Virus record (IMG/VR): IMGVR_UViG_3300028376_000003
Coordinates: 1-64,000 of that record
Length of the DNA: 64,000 nucleotides
From: a virus
Direction: 5' to 3' (one strand)
Below the pieces are notes generated by a model. It saw nothing but the letters and a program-made list of their open reading frames with translations. It ran no database searches and was not told where the DNA came from. The number at the start of each line of letters is the position of its first letter. Position 1 is the stretch's first letter. This document shows, piece by piece, positions 58,806 to 64,000 of this stretch. A program made the position numbers and the translations under genes.

Positions 58806-61800
58806 TTATCTTCCACAAGGTAATACACCACTAATTACAGTACCATTATCTACTTCTAATGATCCAAATCCATTAGACACAAATCCATTAGCACCTATAC
58901 TTCCAATAAAGTTAGCATATACTTTTGTAGAACGTTCAAATATATCATTATTTGTATAATAGGATAATGTAGACTGGCTTTGACATGCCAAAGCTGATGT
59001 ACTACCTGAACTTAAATTATGAAGAAATAATGTCTCTTCATCATTTCCACTAGATGTTTGTGTTACTTCTTGTGTAACACTTAAATTTCCATTATCCTCA
59101 CTAGCCGTTATAATACCTACTCTAGGACCAGATGTGGTGTTCTGTAAGCGTGAAACAACCACATCTTTAGTACCAAATGAACTGAGTGGTGATACACTTA
59201 ACCAAGAAGGAGCATTAGTATCAATAGACCAATTAGTATTACTAGCTACTTCAATAGTATAATTTCCCCCATTAGAACTAACTTCTCTGGTAGCACTAGA
59301 GACTTGACCTTCGTTAGAAATAACCAAATAAGGTTGATCACCAGGTTGTGTAAGTGTATAAGTTGCTTGGAGGTTACCACCAACTTGTGACACAGTAATA
59401 GTACCATCTCTCTCACCAACTCTAGAATTTCCTTGATAACTAAAGCTATAATTAGCATTGCCCTCTCCACTCTCTACTGTTAAATCATTAATCCAAGGTG
59501 CTGACTTACTAACTGTCCAAGTTCCATTAGAAACTATTATAAAACTACCATTACCACTATTATTATTAGGTAGTGTAAGACTTTCTGGTGTCACACTTAA
59601 CGAAGGTTCATTCGGCTCATTTGGTATATTTCCATAGACCTCTACTGATGCTGTAGTATCTGTATTTATATAAGAATATCTTTCTGTTATGCCATCAGTA
59701 GTAGTAAATCTTGTATTAGGTAAAAATAATATAATTGAATTATTTATAACACGATCAATTTCAAAAGAGTTTGGTCCTATTGTATAAGTATCAGAATATT
59801 CATCAACTGAATTACTAAAGACAGAATCTCTAAAGCTGATTAAACCATTCACAAATGAATCAGAATCTGCTATTCCCTGTGCATCTATTACACCAGTCCC
59901 ATTAAAGTTTATAGATAGTGTTTCTGAAAATGTTATATTTTCACCATTGACACCTAATTCAAAATTTATATTTAATCTAATAGGCATATACGCATTTTCT
60001 AAGAATTCTATTCCTGAAAAGTCTAGTCTTATACGATGATTATCACTTCCTAAAATTCTAGGAACAAACAAAACAGGTATTTCTATAATCAAATTAGGAT
60101 CATCTCCTGGTGATGGATCATCTGGCTCATCATCACTTGGTGGTTCGGGTACATCAATTATTCCTATATCTATCCCAGAGTTACCAAAATCTATATCACC
60201 CGTGTTCAAACTTATAGTTCCTAAATTTATATCGATATTATCAATAAAATCAAAGTCATTATCTGTATAATCTATATATGGTGAAACACCAGTAAATGGT
60301 ATCTGAATGCTTTTATTTATATTATCATCTCTAAAATACTTGAAGAAAGGTACCATGTTTATTTCAAGTAACTTCAAGTTATCTATTATAGTGGAAGTTT
60401 CTAACTCTCCTAATAATCCACTACCCCTTATATTCATAGATAAATGCCTTTTGTTGAAAAAGTATTCAACCTTTCTCTTTCTGGGTGTTATTATGTGGTT
60501 TATGTTCTTATAAATTGGTAAGTAGGTAGATGGTCTTAATTGTATAATTTCTTGCGTTTCACCACTTTGTAACTCAACATTTTCTAACCTAGATGTTTTG
60601 TTTATGTTATCAAAATGTATTGTAGGCTCAGGTGATAAACTAGAAGAGAAAGTATTTCCACCAAATTGAGAATCTATCGGAAACCTATATTCATTTTCCC
60701 CAGAGTTATATTCAACCAAATCGAATTCAACAAGAGTATATCTATTTCTAGCTATATCTGCCCTATCCCTTCCTAATACATCAACAAGTGGTTCGTCTAA
60801 GTCCAAAACACCACCTTGTCCACTAGACATCATTTTAAGTTCTTCGCCTTGTATAACTGTAAATCCACCTAAACTTTCTGTCCTATCAAATGTTAGACTA
60901 GGGGTAATAGAACTTGTTGAGTTCTGTGGTATAGAGAATGACCATCCTTTTTCTAAAAATAAGTCTAAATCATCACCTGATGGTCCAAAGAAATCCTTAA
61001 ATTCGGAAGATTCACCAATGTAATCACTAAATATCTTAAACTTTGTACCAAGACTATATAGTCTTTTGTTTAAAGAGAAAGAATCCCTAAAATTAGAACT
61101 ACTAGATAATACATCATTCGTTGGATAACCATATAAGTTATTCTCTGAAAAATACTTTCTAGACACCTTATTCAATACTGTTTGTGGTTTGCCGATATTA
61201 ACAGCAGTATCTTCATAGTAGGTAACATCCAACCAAGAGTTATAGTTAAAAACTGCTAGAGAGTTAAGCGTTTTATTGGAAGTTAGTCTAGATACATTAT
61301 TGCTTTTAAAATCCATATTTTGTATAAGACCAGTTGAATAACCAGTTTTGTAAGTCCCACTTTCATCAGTAACACTCTGCCCCCATTCTTGATCTAATAT
61401 AACTTCAAAAGAATTTTTTATCTTTATTACACGATGTTCTCCATTATATTCAGTGTTAACTGTTATATCATCGTCTAATATAATTTCTATTATATCATTT
61501 ACCGCTAGATTGTGTTTTAAATCTGTTTTAATAGATAGTAAACCATCTTCATAAGATGTAGATATAAAATTTCCTGTCAAATACTCAACGCCCTTAAAGT
61601 GTCCACCATCGTAAATACCATCAATCCAATGTGTGTCTAACATTTCAGTTATAAGTGGATATCCTTTAAATAGTCCATAATTCCATATACCTTTAAAATA
61701 CCCATTTAGAAAACCACCTGATAGCCACACATTTCTAGTTATCATAATTCTATGATTTTTGGAATCTCTTTCTATTCTTCTCAGTGGGAATGTTGTTTCT

Positions 61801-63284
61801 ATATCTATATCTATAAACTCATCACCAATTCTAATTATTGTATACAATCCCCTTAGTATCTTCCTATTGTCGTTTATGTCTACACCAACTATATTACTTA
61901 TTGATATCTTATCACCAATTTTTAAACTTTCTTTTGTTGATAGAGCCTCGCCAACTAAACCCAAACCTATACCAGATATACTTGATGCGTTTATTGATTC
62001 ACTCGGACCAGATATTCTAACTACCCACTTTATATCAGAAAATGTTTTTACAGAAAATAACACATCGTGCATCTCTCTCATATCATCATCATTCCTATAT
62101 CCACTATTCCATACACCATTCTCCCATATTCCTGACTTAAAATAGGAATTTCCTATTTTAGATGTTAATTCACTCGGTATTAAATTGCTACCAGGAAGGG
62201 TTTTTATGTTATCAGGATCTGTATTATTTCGTATTATTTTACCAGTTCCCACAATTGTTGAAAACAAACTATTTCCCAAGTCACTAACCACTATGTTTGG
62301 TAATGTTACATCAAATAATTTATTATTATTATCTGAATATCCACCTCTTATTTCTATGTTAGATATTGCAATTACTACGTCTTTGTTGAGAGCTGCCGTG
62401 TCGCCTACAAAAACCACATACTTATTACCAACTAAACCTATATAATCAGCACTGTAGCTACCTTCACCACTTAAATAAGCTATTAGTGTAGAACTATCTA
62501 AGTATCTATCAAACCCATCCACTAGTGGTCTTTGTGGTGGTTCTATATCAGATAAATAAACTCTAATACCAGCATTTTCATCAGTTGTTATACCATTATC
62601 AACTCCTTTAGTATATTGGAATGATAAATTAAAGTCTTGAAAGCCAATATATCTAGACAAGTGATTAACATAATTATATTCCCTTTTTTCCTCCTTGGGT
62701 ATTCCTCCAGCTGGTGAAAACGCTTTATTAACATTGGCTTCCCTCTGATGATACCATATAAATGCAGAACTGTTATTATCATACCTCCATCCGTTACAAT
62801 ATAAATTTTTATTACCTAATCCTCTGCTATTTAACAGACTAATATCTGGATTATCATTTATCCAAGATAAACCACACATAATCCACTCTAGTTCAAAGAG
62901 TTCCAAATCTTTTATCCCAAAATCACTACCAAAGCTATTATTTGCAACTATATTTATATAATTATTAGTTGTTGCATTATTTATTGGTGAAGAGTTGAAA
63001 TATATATATCCATCTTGGTTACCAAAGCTAGACTGTCCATTTGTCTCATCGAATTTTAATCTAAAGCTATCCTCCCATAGAACACTCATTATTACATTTT
63101 GTGAAATAGACATATCTGTTAAGTTAGAAATGTGTATCTTGTAGTAGTAAGATTTGTTTTGCTTAAGTTCGCTGGGTTTGTTTAAGTATATTAAAGGACT
63201 AGCACCAGATACCTTAAATATCTTATCAGTATTAAAATCCCAACCTGGTCCAAACCATATAACATCTTGTTGCTGTATTGTCAT
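58806..63284 (-). CDS. Large virion protein with Pro/Asp linker, two BACON-like domains and a Cys-containing tip
   Basis: SNGTWTV...PWI...SGEGN...R.GTITV; SNTNWSI...SWLSVSP...R.GIIT; late box 4 nt before the ATG. Confidence 0.65.
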   Translation of the reverse strand: MTIQQQDVIWFGPGWDFNTDKIFKVSGASPLIYLNKPSELKQNKSYYYKIHISNLTDMSISQNVIMSVLWEDSFRLKFDETNGQSSFGNQDGYIYFNSSPINNATTNNYINIVANNSFGSDFGIKDLELFELEWIMCGLSWINDNPDISLLNSRGLGNKNLYCNGWRYDNNSSAFIWYHQREANVNKAFSPAGGIPKEEKREYNYVNHLSRYIGFQDFNLSFQYTKGVDNGITTDENAGIRVYLSDIEPPQRPLVDGFDRYLDSSTLIAYLSGEGSYSADYIGLVGNKYVVFVGDTAALNKDVVIAISNIEIRGGYSDNNNKLFDVTLPNIVVSDLGNSLFSTIVGTGKIIRNNTDPDNIKTLPGSNLIPSELTSKIGNSYFKSGIWENGVWNSGYRNDDDMREMHDVLFSVKTFSDIKWVVRISGPSESINASSISGIGLGLVGEALSTKESLKIGDKISISNIVGVDINDNRKILRGLYTIIRIGDEFIDIDIETTFPLRRIERDSKNHRIMITRNVWLSGGFLNGYFKGIWNYGLFKGYPLITEMLDTHWIDGIYDGGHFKGVEYLTGNFISTSYEDGLLSIKTDLKHNLAVNDIIEIILDDDITVNTEYNGEHRVIKIKNSFEVILDQEWGQSVTDESGTYKTGYSTGLIQNMDFKSNNVSRLTSNKTLNSLAVFNYNSWLDVTYYEDTAVNIGKPQTVLNKVSRKYFSENNLYGYPTNDVLSSSSNFRDSFSLNKRLYSLGTKFKIFSDYIGESSEFKDFFGPSGDDLDLFLEKGWSFSIPQNSTSSITPSLTFDRTESLGGFTVIQGEELKMMSSGQGGVLDLDEPLVDVLGRDRADIARNRYTLVEFDLVEYNSGENEYRFPIDSQFGGNTFSSSLSPEPTIHFDNINKTSRLENVELQSGETQEIIQLRPSTYLPIYKNINHIITPRKRKVEYFFNKRHLSMNIRGSGLLGELETSTIIDNLKLLEINMVPFFKYFRDDNINKSIQIPFTGVSPYIDYTDNDFDFIDNIDINLGTISLNTGDIDFGNSGIDIGIIDVPEPPSDDEPDDPSPGDDPNLIIEIPVLFVPRILGSDNHRIRLDFSGIEFLENAYMPIRLNINFELGVNGENITFSETLSINFNGTGVIDAQGIADSDSFVNGLISFRDSVFSNSVDEYSDTYTIGPNSFEIDRVINNSIILFLPNTRFTTTDGITERYSYINTDTTASVEVYGNIPNEPNEPSLSVTPESLTLPNNNSGNGSFIIVSNGTWTVSKSAPWINDLTVESGEGNANYSFSYQGNSRVGERDGTITVSQVGGNLQATYTLTQPGDQPYLVISNEGQVSSATREVSSNGGNYTIEVASNTNWSIDTNAPSWLSVSPLSSFGTKDVVVSRLQNTTSGPRVGIITASEDNGNLSVTQEVTQTSSGNDEETLFLHNLSSGSTSALACQSQSTLSYYTNNDIFERSTKVYANFIGSIGANGFVSNGFGSLEVDNGTVISGVLPCGR

Positions 63285-63333
63285 GCTCTATATATTATTT
63301 ATCTACAGTTGGTTATCTATATTCTCAAATTAA

Positions 63334-64000
63334 TTATTGAGGGTTTGTTAAATCACATAGACCAGCTACACCATTGAATTGTCCGTCCACGACCCTTTTC
63401 CAATAAAATTCTTTAATGTAGATACCAGTTAGTGCAGGTGTGTTTCCAAATTCATCTGTAAATATTACATTACCAAATGTCCAAGTTTGATTATCTGTCC
63501 AAACATTAATAGTTGTTCCACCATTTCCAGCACAGGCGTTGTTAGATGTGTCATAACGACCCACTAAATGTGGGAACAGTTCTATATTATTACCACTCTC
63601 TTGTGTTAGTCTTTGTATTCTTTCTATATTTGTTCCAATTATATTAATATCAGTAAATCTTTCAGCACCACTATTAGACCCATACTCAACCAATATTGTA
63701 CCACTTCCATTACCATTAGTAGGTGATATATTTTCAACCCAACTACTACCAGCTGAAACATTCCAAGAAACATTACTTGTTAATACTAGATTATAACTAC
63801 CAGGGTTACTACCGACTGTCTTGTTACCTTCTATTAGTATGAAAGGTGGTTGTGTACCATTTTGATTCAAAGTAAATGTTCTTACAATACCAAAGCCACT
63901 TATCACTATCGTTGCTGTTCTAGGTGAACTTTGTGTGTTTCTTACAAATTCAATATTTACACTTTCATTCAATCTTCCAGATGATGGATTTGTACTAACC
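63334..64000 (-). CDS. C-terminal part of a BACON-like repeat virion protein (5' end outside the window)
   Basis: Frame open to the window edge; SNVSWNV...SWV..ISPTNGNG...R; same tip domain as its neighbour. Confidence 0.65.
   Translation of the reverse strand, partial: VSTNPSSGRLNESVNIEFVRNTQSSPRTATIVISGFGIVRTFTLNQNGTQPPFILIEGNKTVGSNPGSYNLVLTSNVSWNVSAGSSWVENISPTNGNGSGTILVEYGSNSGAERFTDINIIGTNIERIQRLTQESGNNIELFPHLVGRYDTSNNACAGNGGTTINVWTDNQTWTFGNVIFTDEFGNTPALTGIYIKEFYWKRVVDGQFNGVAGLCDLTNPQ

Noticed and set aside
170-62782. Numerous 60-140 aa ORFs nested in or antisense to long genes
   Set aside because: They overlap well-supported genes and lack promoters or motifs; expected by chance.
1-64000. 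Stop-codon reassignment, as in some jumbo and crAss-like phages
   Set aside because: Coding density is high under the standard code, and TAA, TAG and TGA all end genes cleanly.
1-64000. tRNA, rRNA, major capsid, terminase or integrase genes
   Set aside because: No recognisable motifs, and intergenic gaps are short and explained by promoters and terminators.

Overview
This is a 64-kb, very AT-rich (roughly 27% GC by eye), gene-dense fragment of a large lytic dsDNA (jumbo, loosely T4-like) bacteriophage using the standard genetic code. A Bacteroidota host is suggested by TAnnTTTG promoter boxes, the lack of Shine-Dalgarno sites and BACON-like domains. Replication/repair genes: N-terminal half of a family B DNA polymerase, a compact family A-like polymerase, DinG/XPD-type helicase, SbcC/gp46, ThyA. 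Also present: PhoH with a class 3 intein, a two-domain homing endonuclease, glycan-modifying genes, nucleotide-processing enzymes, DnaJ, a probable tape measure protein and several very large virion proteins. Main observations: (1) about 14 unrelated late genes share an N-terminal MK(H/K)xK(T/K)F/Y..E leader resembling the T4 capsid-targeting sequence; (2) that cargo includes a tandem array of variable 21-aa LRR-like proteins with signs of module exchange; (3) a three-gene nuclease-helicase-methyltransferase operon has Type ISP domain order; (4) a second methyltransferase gene is flanked by 34-bp direct repeats; (5) a short RxxKI/LxxI/L motif ends several unrelated proteins; (6) three promoter classes are readable, with apparently leaderless late transcripts; (7) an early 2H phosphoesterase is a candidate anti-defence enzyme. 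No tRNA, rRNA or CRISPR array was seen. All functional calls come from reading motifs by eye; no database searches were run.
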